A stretch of 64,000 nt of DNA from assembly GCA_965261005.1 (NCBI GenBank), contig OZ253375.1, positions 1,600,001 through 1,664,000 on the forward strand, given 5' to 3'. Position 1 is the first letter of the stretch, and every line of letters begins with the position of its first letter. The position numbers were made by a program, and so were the translations under genes. Below are positions 10,650 to 19,189 of the stretch, in pieces. The notes under the pieces are model-generated. The model ran no database searches and had not been told where the DNA came from. It worked only from the letters and a program-made list of their open reading frames with translations. The stretch comes from Deinococcus sp. GTDB lineage: Bacteria; Deinococcota; Deinococci; Deinococcales; Deinococcaceae.

Positions 10650-11465
10650 AGCCGTCTGCAACACGCCCAAATACACCAGCGCCAGCACGACCAGCCCGGC
10701 GATCACACGGTACACCGCAAAGCCCCTAAAGTCGTGACGCGAGATGTAGCGCAACAGCCAGCCCACCGCGAAGAGGGCCGTGACAAAGGCGAACACCAGC
10801 CCCAACACGACGTTCAGGGCGCCCAACTGGCCGAGAATGGCGCGGTTTTTATATAAGGCGTAGAGGGTGGCGATGCCCAGGGTGGGAATCGAGAGGTAAA
10901 AGGAAAAGGCGGTGGCGACGGTGCGGTCCAGGCCCACCAGCAAGCCGCCCACAATGGTCGCCGCCGAGCGCGAGGTGCCGGGGATCAGCGCCAAAATCTG
11001 CGCCAGGCCGATGATCAGGGCCTGCCCCAGCCCCACCGCCCTCAGCTCCTTGGTGCGGGCCGTCCTGGGCGTGGACTCCACGATCCACAACACCACGCCC
11101 CACAGAATCAGCGAGACGGCCACCGTGACGGGGGAAAACAGATAGCGGGTGATCAGGTCGTTGAACAGAAAGCCGACGACGGCCGCCGGAATAAAGGCGA
11201 CGATAATGCCCAGCCACAGCCGCTGGGTGGGCTGGTCGCGCCCGATCACGCGCGCCTGGCCCAGCAAATCGGCGCGGTAGAACCACACCAACGCCAAAAT
11301 CGCGCCCAACTGAATGGCAATGTCAAAGGCGTCTTTGGCCGCCTTGTTGACGCCGGGGCGCAACAGCGCGTCCGCCACGATCAGGTGCCCGGTGGACGAG
11401 ACCGGTAGGAATTCGGTGACGCCCTCGATGATGCCGAGGATGATGGAGGCGAGCCAATCGGTCAT
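10647..11465 (-). CDS. uppP: Undecaprenyl-diphosphate phosphatase
   Basis: GIIEGVTEFLPVSSTGHL, IQLGAILA, PGTSRS motifs; TAGGCT upstream of ATG. Confidence 0.96.
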   Translation of the reverse strand: MTDWLASIILGIIEGVTEFLPVSSTGHLIVADALLRPGVNKAAKDAFDIAIQLGAILALVWFYRADLLGQARVIGRDQPTQRLWLGIIVAFIPAAVVGFLFNDLITRYLFSPVTVAVSLILWGVVLWIVESTPRTARTKELRAVGLGQALIIGLAQILALIPGTSRSAATIVGGLLVGLDRTVATAFSFYLSIPTLGIATLYALYKNRAILGQLGALNVVLGLVFAFVTALFAVGWLLRYISRHDFRGFAVYRVIAGLVVLALVYLGVLQTA

Positions 11466-11512
11466 GAGGCCAAGCCTACTTGAAAAAGTGAAGCCCAGAA
11501 CAAAACTCGGGC

Positions 11513-12226
11513 TTAGGTCAGGCGCCCCAGCCACTCCACCAGGAGCGTCCGTTCCGCCTCGCTGAAGGGGGCGTCCAGGTCAGGCAGCAGGGCGGTCAGC
11601 GAGACGGCGTGAACCGCCGCCTGCCGCCCGGCGGCGCGCTCCGTCCCCGCTTCGGGCGTCAAGATCGCGCTCAGCACGGCCTCGCGCATCAAATCCGAGA
11701 GCCGGTCGTTCCTCACCTGAGCGCCCAGCAGGCTCAGCGTCGTCCCCACGGCCGCCGCGTGGACCATGGCGGCGGCGCGGTCCACGCTCACCACCAGCCG
11801 CCCGGCCTCCGCCACGCGCTGAATCAAGGCGCGCAGGAGGGCGGCGGCCTCCGAGGCGGCGGGCGAGGCCGGACCCAACCTGGGCGCGCCGTACATCAGC
11901 GTGTACAAGTGCGGGTGGGTCAAACCGAATTCCACGTGCAGGTTCCAGCCCCCGCGCAGTTCTTCCACCGGATCGCTCAGGCTGGCCCGCGCCACCTTGG
12001 CCCCGAGGTAGGCCGTGAAGCCGGCGCTCGCGGCCGCATTCAGCAGGCCCGACATGTCGCCGAAATGGCGGTAGATCGTCGGCGGCTGCACGTCGGCGGC
12101 GGCGCTCACCGCGCGGGTGGAGACAGCCTCCAAGCCTCCTGTTTCGAGCAGCGTGAGGGCCGCCTGAAGAATTCGGTCGCGGGGAGATGGGGGGGAAGCC
12201 ACGGTCACAACCAATGATAACACCAA
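11513..12226 (-). CDS. TetR-family regulator (start uncertain)
   Basis: RDRILQAA...STRAVSAAADVQPPTIYRHFGD HTH. Confidence 0.9.
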   Translation of the reverse strand: MVLSLVVTVASPPSPRDRILQAALTLLETGGLEAVSTRAVSAAADVQPPTIYRHFGDMSGLLNAAASAGFTAYLGAKVARASLSDPVEELRGGWNLHVEFGLTHPHLYTLMYGAPRLGPASPAASEAAALLRALIQRVAEAGRLVVSVDRAAAMVHAAAVGTTLSLLGAQVRNDRLSDLMREAVLSAILTPEAGTERAAGRQAAVHAVSLTALLPDLDAPFSEAERTLLVEWLGRLT

Positions 12227-12330
12227 TAAGTTAGCACCTTGATATTGCGTTGATATGTCGTTAGTGTTACCAGTGCAAACAAATTCGCTCGGCGGGTTCT
12301 CCGCGATCAGCTTGAAAAAGGAGCCGGACC

Positions 12331-13194
12331 ATGATCATCGTCACCGGAGCGAGCGGCAAACTTGGGCGGGCCACCGTGGAGCAGTTGCTGAAACGGCTGC
12401 CCGCCGAGCAAATCGGGGTGAGCGTCCGCGACCCGGACAAGGCGCGCGACCTCGGGCAGCGGGGCGTCCGGGTCCGCCGGGGCGACTTCAATGACGCCGC
12501 CAGCCTTGCCCACGCCTTCGAGGGGGCGTCACGGGTCCTGATCGTCTCGTCCAACACGGGCGGCGACGGGACGGTCCGCCAGCACCAAGCGGCGATCGAC
12601 GCGGCGGGGGCTGCCGGTGCCGGGCGCATCTTTTACACCAGCCACGCCGGCGCGGACCTGATCTCGGCCTTTCCCCCCGCGCGCAGCCACGCCGCGACCG
12701 AGGTGGCGCTGCGGGACTCGGGCGTCCCATTCACCTCCTTGCGCAACGGCTTTTACGCGCAGACCGCGACGATGCTGGTCAGCAGCGCCCTCCGGACGGG
12801 CGAGCTGAGGGCGCCACGGGACGGGCCAATCGACTACACCGCGCACCCCGACCTCGCCGGGGCGACGGCCATCGCCCTGACCGACGAGGGTCTTGACGAC
12901 ACCATCCTCACCCTCACCGGCCCCGAGGCTGTCGACGCGGCCGGTTTGGCGGCGATGGCCTCGGAGCTGACGGGCCGCGAGGTCCGCCGGGTCGTCGTCC
13001 CGGACGACGAGTACCGCGCCGGCCTGGTCGCTCAAGGCGTCCCCGGGCCGCAGGCCGAGATGCTGCTGGGCATGTTCGTCGCGGCCCGTCAGGGTACGTT
13101 CACCCGGGTTGACCCGACGCTCGCCCGCCTGATCGGCCGGCCGCCGACGCCCGTGCGAGAGGTCTTGAAGGCCGCGATTTCACCGGCGGGATGA
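12331..13194 (+). CDS. NmrA/QOR2-like NAD(P)H-binding oxidoreductase
   Basis: IIVTGASGKLG, VRRGDF, LRNGFY; AGGAG RBS. Confidence 0.9.
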   Translation: MIIVTGASGKLGRATVEQLLKRLPAEQIGVSVRDPDKARDLGQRGVRVRRGDFNDAASLAHAFEGASRVLIVSSNTGGDGTVRQHQAAIDAAGAAGAGRIFYTSHAGADLISAFPPARSHAATEVALRDSGVPFTSLRNGFYAQTATMLVSSALRTGELRAPRDGPIDYTAHPDLAGATAIALTDEGLDDTILTLTGPEAVDAAGLAAMASELTGREVRRVVVPDDEYRAGLVAQGVPGPQAEMLLGMFVAARQGTFTRVDPTLARLIGRPPTPVREVLKAAISPAG

Positions 13195-13311
13195 GGCCCC
13201 AATCGCCGTGTGCAACACCGCACATAGACAGTTACTGCCGCCAATCATCTCCGCGACCTTACCGGACTAGAAAAGAGGACAGAACTATGCGCGTGGTGAC
13301 CTAAGCCGCTT

Positions 13312-13325
13312 CGAAATCCGTATGA
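13312..13325. repeat. Isolated SNR end fragment
   Basis: CGAAATCCGTATGA, 13/14 match to the reverse complement of the copy-C left end. Confidence 0.4.
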
Positions 13326-13402
13326 AAGCTCTCTTCGACTTGTAAGCACACCGTTCCCCACGAGCAGCGGGCGGCCTCCAGGTGGTTAAATAAGCCGAAC
13401 AC

Positions 13403-13942
13403 ATGGACGAACCCACACAACTTCCCACCCAAGTCAGGGACAAGTACTCGCCCCAGGACTGGTTCACGGTCATGAACGGCCCCGGCCGCGCCGGTCTGTA
13501 CGTGATCGCGGCCAGCCCCAGCGGCCTGACCGGCGTCTTCGCCGAGGCGGGCGCCATCGCGCGCACCCTTCAGGAGATGATGGCGGGCCAGCCGGAAACA
13601 CCGCTGATGCAGGCGATGACCGAGGCCTTTCAGGGCGCCCAGCCGGCCGAGTACGCCAACCAACAAAGCCGCGAGCGGGCAAGAAACCTAGAGGACGTCA
13701 AGGCCCAGGCGTATCAGGGCGTGCGCCAAGCCGCCTGGCTGGTGGGCGCCCAGATGGGTCCCGAGGACGTGGCCGCCTACAAAAGCTTGCTGCTGCGCGT
13801 CGCCGAGCGGGTGGCAGAGGCGGCCAGCGAGGGCGGCTTCCTCGGCATCGGCGGCGTGCAGGTCAGCGACGCGGAGAAAGAGGCGATAGGGGAGCTGAGG
13901 GAATTGCTGGGTCAGGGGGAGGCGCCCTTACACCGCCTGTAA
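13403..13942 (+). CDS. Conserved hypothetical protein
   Basis: Host-like codon usage; AASPSG and EGGFLGIGG segments; stop lies inside the duplicated uvrD end. Confidence 0.75.
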   Translation: MDEPTQLPTQVRDKYSPQDWFTVMNGPGRAGLYVIAASPSGLTGVFAEAGAIARTLQEMMAGQPETPLMQAMTEAFQGAQPAEYANQQSRERARNLEDVKAQAYQGVRQAAWLVGAQMGPEDVAAYKSLLLRVAERVAEAASEGGFLGIGGVQVSDAEKEAIGELRELLGQGEAPLHRL

Positions 13943-13989
13943 GTTGGCGAACTTCACCAGCAGCTTCTTCATGCCGGCGCCCTCGAAGC
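13932..13989. repeat. Direct repeat copy 1: orphan 3' end of uvrD
   Basis: 57/58 identical to 16917-16974; minus strand reads FEGAGMKKLLVKFANLQAV* (TAA at 13928-13930). Confidence 0.95.
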
Positions 13990-13997
13990 CAAGCGTG

Positions 13998-14579
13998 TTA
14001 CGGTTGCGCGGGTAAATTCGCAGCAATACGCCGCAGGGCGCCGAGCGTTTCGGCGATGATCTCGGACAGCCCGCGCTCATCGTCTTGACCCAGCCAACGG
14101 GTGATAGCCACCCTGACGACCGTCATGGCGATCTCGGCGGCCAGCGTGGAGGTCAGCTCGTCGGCGCCGCGACGGATGAACCCCTGCCGGATCGCCTCCG
14201 ACAGCGTGGCTAGTTTCTGGAGTTCACGCTCACGCAGCCCCGCGTCCGTCTGAACGATCGTGTGGCGTATTTGCAGATACTCGCGGCGACCTTCAAACAT
14301 CGCCTCCGCGAACGGTTGGAGGCCGTGGGCGATCACCGCCACCGGACCGAACGAAGCCGGGGCCTCGGCCATCAGCTTTTCAGCCAAGGCGGGCAGATCG
14401 TCTTCGCCCGCGAAGAGAACCTCGCGCTTGTCCGCAAAATGACGAAAAAATGTGCGGGTGGTCAGCCCAGCCCGAGCCGTGATCTGCGGCACCGTCGTCG
14501 CCGCGAAGCCCTGCTCCAGAAACAACTCCAGGGCCGCGCGCTCCAACCGTTCGCGCGCCCCCGACTGCCACCGACCCAT
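13998..14579 (-). CDS. TetR-family regulator
   Basis: MGRWQSGARERLERAALELFLEQGF...TTRTFFRHFADKREVLF. Confidence 0.92.
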   Translation of the reverse strand: MGRWQSGARERLERAALELFLEQGFAATTVPQITARAGLTTRTFFRHFADKREVLFAGEDDLPALAEKLMAEAPASFGPVAVIAHGLQPFAEAMFEGRREYLQIRHTIVQTDAGLRERELQKLATLSEAIRQGFIRRGADELTSTLAAEIAMTVVRVAITRWLGQDDERGLSEIIAETLGALRRIAANLPAQP

Positions 14580-14596
14580 GCCAAAAGTATAGATGT

Positions 14597-14658
14597 TGAC
14601 ACGACGTGCCATTGGTGGTGTACCCTTACGACACGCAGTGTCATTACGACACGACGAG
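14597..14658. promoter_or_regulatory. Repeated TetR operator-like sites
   Basis: TGACACGACGTGCCA (14597), GACACGCAGTGTC (14630) and GACACGACGAG (14648) in the divergent promoter region. Confidence 0.6.
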
Positions 14659-14678
14659 CGTATGAATGGGGGACCGGG

Positions 14679-15752
14679 ATGAACAGGGATATCTGGGTGC
14701 TGGGCGCGACCGGCCGAACGGGGCGCGCGGTGGCGGCGCGGCTACACGGGGCGGGCCTTTCACTGGTTCTCGTCGGACGCAACCGCGAACGTCTCGCGGG
14801 CGTGGCCGCAGCTCTTGACGGCGCGCCGCGGCTGATGGTGGGTTCGCTCGACGCGGCGCTGGCCGAACTCTCGCAGAACGCCCCGGCCGTGGTCATCAAC
14901 ACCGTCGGCCCGTTCACCGGCACCGCCGTTAAGGTGGCGCGGGCTTGCCCGCCAGGCACCCACTACGTCGACGTGTCGAACGAGCTGCCGGCCGTCCAAG
15001 CGGTCCTGGCGCTCGACCAGGAGGCCAAGGACACGAACCGCACGTTCGTGACCGCCGCCGGCTTCGGCGTGCTGGCGACCGAGAGCGTGCTGCTGCGCCT
15101 GTGTGAAGGCCAGCCGCCGGCCGTGCGGGCGCGCGTGGACGCGATGGCGTCCGTCGCCACCGAAGCCGGCGTCATCGGTTCCGCCTTGGCGGCCACCATT
15201 GTGGAAAGCGCGGCGCTGGGCGGGCGGCAAGTCCGGCGAGGCCGTTTGGTGCCCGCCCCAGCCGCGGGGGAGCCAGTGCAGCTCACCACGCCCGACGGTG
15301 AGGTGATCGGCACGGCCAGCGGGGCCAGCGGCGAGTTGATCGCCGCGTGGCGGGCCAGCCGGGCCGACTCTGTCGTGGCGGCGTCCAGCCTGTTGCCGAC
15401 CAGCGCTTTGGTCAGGTTCGTCTTGCCCGTCGTGTCCGCCCTCGTTCGTCTGCCGGGCGTCGGCGGGTTCGCCGTCCGCAGGCTGGCCCGCCTTCCGCTG
15501 CGGGCACAGGACCGGCCCCGTCCCTTCTCGTGGGCGCATGCCCGCGCCGAGTGGCCCCACGGGGAGGTTCGGGAAGGCTGGCTGCGCATGGGCGACGCCA
15601 TGGACTTCACCGCCGGCGCCGTATCGGAAGTCGCGCGACGGCTGGCGCGAGGTGAGGGCCAGCCGGGCGCCTATACGCCGGGCGCGCTGTTCGGGCCGGA
15701 CCTCGCGGTTCAGGCGGGCGGCCAGTTCATCCCCGAGCACAAGAAAGGCTGA
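14679..15752 (+). CDS. Saccharopine dehydrogenase-like NAD(P)-binding oxidoreductase
   Basis: IWVLGATGRTG, NTVGPF, HYVDVSNE, GAYTPGALFG. Confidence 0.85.
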   Translation: MNRDIWVLGATGRTGRAVAARLHGAGLSLVLVGRNRERLAGVAAALDGAPRLMVGSLDAALAELSQNAPAVVINTVGPFTGTAVKVARACPPGTHYVDVSNELPAVQAVLALDQEAKDTNRTFVTAAGFGVLATESVLLRLCEGQPPAVRARVDAMASVATEAGVIGSALAATIVESAALGGRQVRRGRLVPAPAAGEPVQLTTPDGEVIGTASGASGELIAAWRASRADSVVAASSLLPTSALVRFVLPVVSALVRLPGVGGFAVRRLARLPLRAQDRPRPFSWAHARAEWPHGEVREGWLRMGDAMDFTAGAVSEVARRLARGEGQPGAYTPGALFGPDLAVQAGGQFIPEHKKG

Positions 15753-15758
15753 CTGCGC

Positions 15759-16871
15759 ATGCCGACCAATACCGCCGCGTGGCTGCCAGCCAGGCAAGCC
15801 CAACTTGAGGTGAAACCCGCGCCCTACACCTCCCCGCGCGAAAACGAGATCGTCGTCGAGAACCGCGCCGTGGCCGTCAACCCCCTCGATTGGATTCTTC
15901 AGCTGACCGGCCACCTGATCTTTCCCTGGATCAAGTACCCGTTCATTCTCGGCGCGGACCTCGCGGGCGAGGTCGTCGAGGTCGGCACCGCCGTCACCCG
16001 CTTCAAGGTAGGCGACCGTGTGCTCGGGCACGCGGTGGGCACGGACAAGAAGCGCAACAGTTCGGCGGAGGGGGCCTTTCAGGTGTACACCGTCGTCCTC
16101 GCCCACTTGGCCGCCCCTATTCCCAGCAACATGTCATATGAGCACGCCAGCGTACTTCCCCTGGCCCTGTCCACCGCCGCCTGCGGCTTGTTCCAGAAAG
16201 ACCAGCTGGCGCTTGAGCATCCCTGCGCGAATCCCAAACCCACCGGAAAGACCCTGCTGATCTGGGGCGGCTCGACCAGCGTCGGCAACAACGCCATCCA
16301 ACTTGCCGTCGCGGCCGGCTACGAGGTCATCACGACGGCGTCCCCACGGAACTTCGACGCCGTCAAGGCGCTGGGGGCGACCCAGGTCTTCGACTACCAC
16401 GGCAAGACCGTCGTCAAAGACATCATCAAGGCGCTGAGGGGAAAGACCATTGCCGGGGCGCTCGCCATCGGCACGGGTTCGGCCGGGGCTTGTGTGGACA
16501 TCGTTCACGCCTGTGAGGGCAACACATTCGTCTCGACGGCCAGCACGCCCGTCTCGTTCGACGCCTTGCCCCAGCGACCGAGTGTACAGCTTCCCCTGCT
16601 CCTCCTTCAGCTGGTGTCGGCGACCGCGTCGCTGCAAGTAAAGACCCGAATGCGGGGCATTCGCACGAAGGCCATCTTCGGCAGCACCCTGATGAACAAC
16701 GAGGTCAGCACGGTCATCTACGAGGATTTCCTGCCTCAGGCCCTCGCGGACGGCCGCTACTGCGCCGCCCCGGAACCCCAGGTCATCGGCAAGGGTCTTG
16801 AGTCCGTCCAAGCCGGGTTGGACGCTCAAAAGCGGGGCATGTCCGCCAGGAAAGTGGTCGTCACTCTATAA
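15759..16871 (+). CDS. MDR (zinc-binding ADH-like) enoyl-reductase-type oxidoreductase
   Basis: AVAVNPLDW, GADLAGEVVEVG, LIWGGSTSVG, KVVVTL. Confidence 0.9.
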   Translation: MPTNTAAWLPARQAQLEVKPAPYTSPRENEIVVENRAVAVNPLDWILQLTGHLIFPWIKYPFILGADLAGEVVEVGTAVTRFKVGDRVLGHAVGTDKKRNSSAEGAFQVYTVVLAHLAAPIPSNMSYEHASVLPLALSTAACGLFQKDQLALEHPCANPKPTGKTLLIWGGSTSVGNNAIQLAVAAGYEVITTASPRNFDAVKALGATQVFDYHGKTVVKDIIKALRGKTIAGALAIGTGSAGACVDIVHACEGNTFVSTASTPVSFDALPQRPSVQLPLLLLQLVSATASLQVKTRMRGIRTKAIFGSTLMNNEVSTVIYEDFLPQALADGRYCAAPEPQVIGKGLESVQAGLDAQKRGMSARKVVVTL

Positions 16872-16909
16872 GCTCGCCTGCTCCGCGCAGTTGTCCCGAC
16901 GAGCCGTCC

Positions 16910-19114
16910 CTATGAAACCGCCTGCAAGTTGGCGAACTTCACCAGCAGCTTCTTCATGCCGGCGCCCTCGAAGCTGACCGTGACCTCCTGACGATCCCCA
17001 AAGCCGGACACGGCCAGCACCCGACCCTCGCCGAACTTGGGGTGCTTGACCTTTTCACCGCCCTTGTAAGCCATCTCGTCCGTCATGCTGGAGGTGTCCT
17101 TGCGGGCGCTGGGAGCGGTAGGCGCGCTGGGGCGGTACTGGCGCCAGGTGGACTTGCGGTAGTCCACGCTTTGGCCGAACTGGTCCACCGTCTCGAAGCC
17201 GCCCTCCAGTTCCTCCAGAAAGCGCGAGTCCTCGCTGGACACGGTCTTGCCGTAGGTCATGCGGTTCTGGGCGGCGGTCAGGGTCAGGCGGTCCATCGCG
17301 CGGGTGATGCCGACGTAGAAGAGGCGCCGCTCCTCCTCGATGCCGCCCGCCTCTAAGAGGCTGTTGCGGCTGGGCAGCAGCCCCTCCTCGGCGCCGACGA
17401 TGAAGACGGCCGGAAACTCCAGGCCCTTGGCGTTGTGCAAGGTCATCAGGGTGACGGCGTCCTCGGGCACGTCTCCCTGGCCGCGGCGGGTCTTGGCGTC
17501 GTCCACGCTGGCGAGCAGCGCCGCGTCGTCGAGGAAGTCGGCGATGGTCCCCTGATGCTCGGCCGACCACTCCTCGGCCGCTATGACCAGCTCCTCCAAA
17601 TTCTCCAGTCGGGCGGCGCCCTCGCTGCCCTCGCCGCGCAGCATGGCGACGTAGCCGGTCGCGTCCATCAGCAGGCGCAGAAACCCCTCGGGCGGGTAGG
17701 CCTCCACCCCTTCTGACAGCGAGGCCATCAGCTGGGCGAACTCGACCGCCTTGTTCGCGCCGCGCTCCAAAATCTCCTCGGCCTGGGCGCAGGCGTTCAG
17801 GATGCCGGCGTCGTTCTCGGCCGCCCACTCGGCCAGCCTCGCGAGGGCCGTGTCGCCAATGCCACGCCGGGGCCGGCCGATGATACGCCTGAGGGCCACG
17901 TCGTCGGTCGGGTTGATGGCGAGGCGGGCGTAGGCCAGGATGTCCTTGATCTCGCGCCGCTCGTAAAAGCCCACCCCGCCCACGATGCGCGCCGGGATGT
18001 TGACGCGCCGCAGCGACTCCTCCAGCACGCGCGACTGGGCGTTGGTGCGGTACAGGATGGCGATCTGGCGAAAGTCCAGGCCCTCAAAGCGCAAGCGGGT
18101 CACGCGCTCGGCCACGTAGTCCGCCTCGGCGCGGTGATCGGGGGCGCGGAAGAACTGCACCGCCTCGCCACCCTCTTTGACGGGGCGCAGGACTTTCTCC
18201 AAACGTTCGGTGTTGTTCTGAATGAGTTTGTTGGCGAGCGTGAGGACGCTGGCGCTCGATCTGTAATTTTCTTCGAGCCTATATACTTTCGCGTCCGGGT
18301 AATCTTTTTGAAAGTCGAGGATATTCTGAATGTCGGCACCTCGAAATCGGTAAATTGATTGATCGGGGTCGCCAACAACTAATAGGTTTCGGTCTCTGCT
18401 TGCTAATAGCTTCGTCAATTCATACTGCGCCCGGTTCGTGTCTTGATACTCGTCCACATGAATGAACCTGGCGCGGTCCTGAATCTTGTTGAGCACCGCC
18501 GGCACCTCCCGGAACAGCCGCACCGTCTCGCCGATCAAGTCGTTGAAGTCAATGGCGCCCACCCCGCGCAGCCGGGACTGGTAGCGGACGTAGCCTTCCA
18601 CCGCCGTCGCCTTGGGCAGGCCGGCCATGAAGTCCTCACCCTGGCGCTGCAAGTCCTCGGGGGTCCACATGTGGCTCTTGGCGCGGTCAATCACGGCGCG
18701 CAATTGGCGCGGGTTGGTGTCGGGGCCGGCGCCCGGCAAATTGCCCAGCACCTCTTTTAAGAGGTCGAGCTGGTCGTCGTCGTCGTAAATCACGAAGCCG
18801 CGCTTCAGGCCGATGTACTCGCCGTAGGCCCGCAGAATGCGCACGCCCGCCGAGTGAAAGGTGCTCATCCACAACCCCTCGGCGCCCGCGACGAGGTGGC
18901 TGGCGCGCTCGCGCATCTCGGCCGCCGCCTTGTTGGTAAAGGTGACAGCCAGAATCTCGCCTGGCAGGACGCCGTGACGCTCGATCAGGTGGGCGATCCT
19001 GTAGATCAGGGTGCGGGTCTTGCCGCTGCCCGCGCCGGCCACCACCAGGGCCGGCCCCTCAAAGTGCGCCGCCGCCTCGGCCTGGGCCGGGTTGAGTTGG
19101 GAAAGGAGGTCCAT
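16910..19114 (-). CDS. uvrD: ATP-dependent DNA helicase UvrD/PcrA
   Basis: AGAGSGKT, TFTNKAA, DEYQD, GDPDQSIYRFRGA, TLHNAKGLEF, EERRLFYVGITRA, Tudor-like HPKFGEG C-terminus. Confidence 0.98.
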   Translation of the reverse strand: MDLLSQLNPAQAEAAAHFEGPALVVAGAGSGKTRTLIYRIAHLIERHGVLPGEILAVTFTNKAAAEMRERASHLVAGAEGLWMSTFHSAGVRILRAYGEYIGLKRGFVIYDDDDQLDLLKEVLGNLPGAGPDTNPRQLRAVIDRAKSHMWTPEDLQRQGEDFMAGLPKATAVEGYVRYQSRLRGVGAIDFNDLIGETVRLFREVPAVLNKIQDRARFIHVDEYQDTNRAQYELTKLLASRDRNLLVVGDPDQSIYRFRGADIQNILDFQKDYPDAKVYRLEENYRSSASVLTLANKLIQNNTERLEKVLRPVKEGGEAVQFFRAPDHRAEADYVAERVTRLRFEGLDFRQIAILYRTNAQSRVLEESLRRVNIPARIVGGVGFYERREIKDILAYARLAINPTDDVALRRIIGRPRRGIGDTALARLAEWAAENDAGILNACAQAEEILERGANKAVEFAQLMASLSEGVEAYPPEGFLRLLMDATGYVAMLRGEGSEGAARLENLEELVIAAEEWSAEHQGTIADFLDDAALLASVDDAKTRRGQGDVPEDAVTLMTLHNAKGLEFPAVFIVGAEEGLLPSRNSLLEAGGIEEERRLFYVGITRAMDRLTLTAAQNRMTYGKTVSSEDSRFLEELEGGFETVDQFGQSVDYRKSTWRQYRPSAPTAPSARKDTSSMTDEMAYKGGEKVKHPKFGEGRVLAVSGFGDRQEVTVSFEGAGMKKLLVKFANLQAVS
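16917..16974. repeat. Direct repeat copy 2 (within the functional uvrD 3' end)
   Basis: 57/58 identical to 13932-13989. Confidence 0.95.
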
Positions 19115-19143
19115 ACGGGGGGAGTCTAGCGCGGGGTAAGAAG

Positions 19144-19171
19144 GGCGCCCGGCCGAGGAGGGCCGGGCGCC
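19144..19171 (-). terminator. Hairpin downstream of lipoprotein gene
   Basis: GGCGCCCGGCC-N6-GGCCGGGCGCC. Confidence 0.6.
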
Positions 19172-19189
19172 GATATGGAGTGTTTAAAA

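Larger units (their letters stand above)
13990..16916. mobile_element. About 2.9-kb accessory island at the uvrD 3' end, with no integrase
   Basis: Flanked by the 58-bp direct repeat; carries TetR and two oxidoreductases. Confidence 0.7.

Noticed and set aside
11464..13198. ATGAGGCC at both ends of the TetR-NmrA cassette as a target duplication
   Set aside because: Only 8 bp in GC-rich DNA and coincides with start/stop codons; chance cannot be excluded
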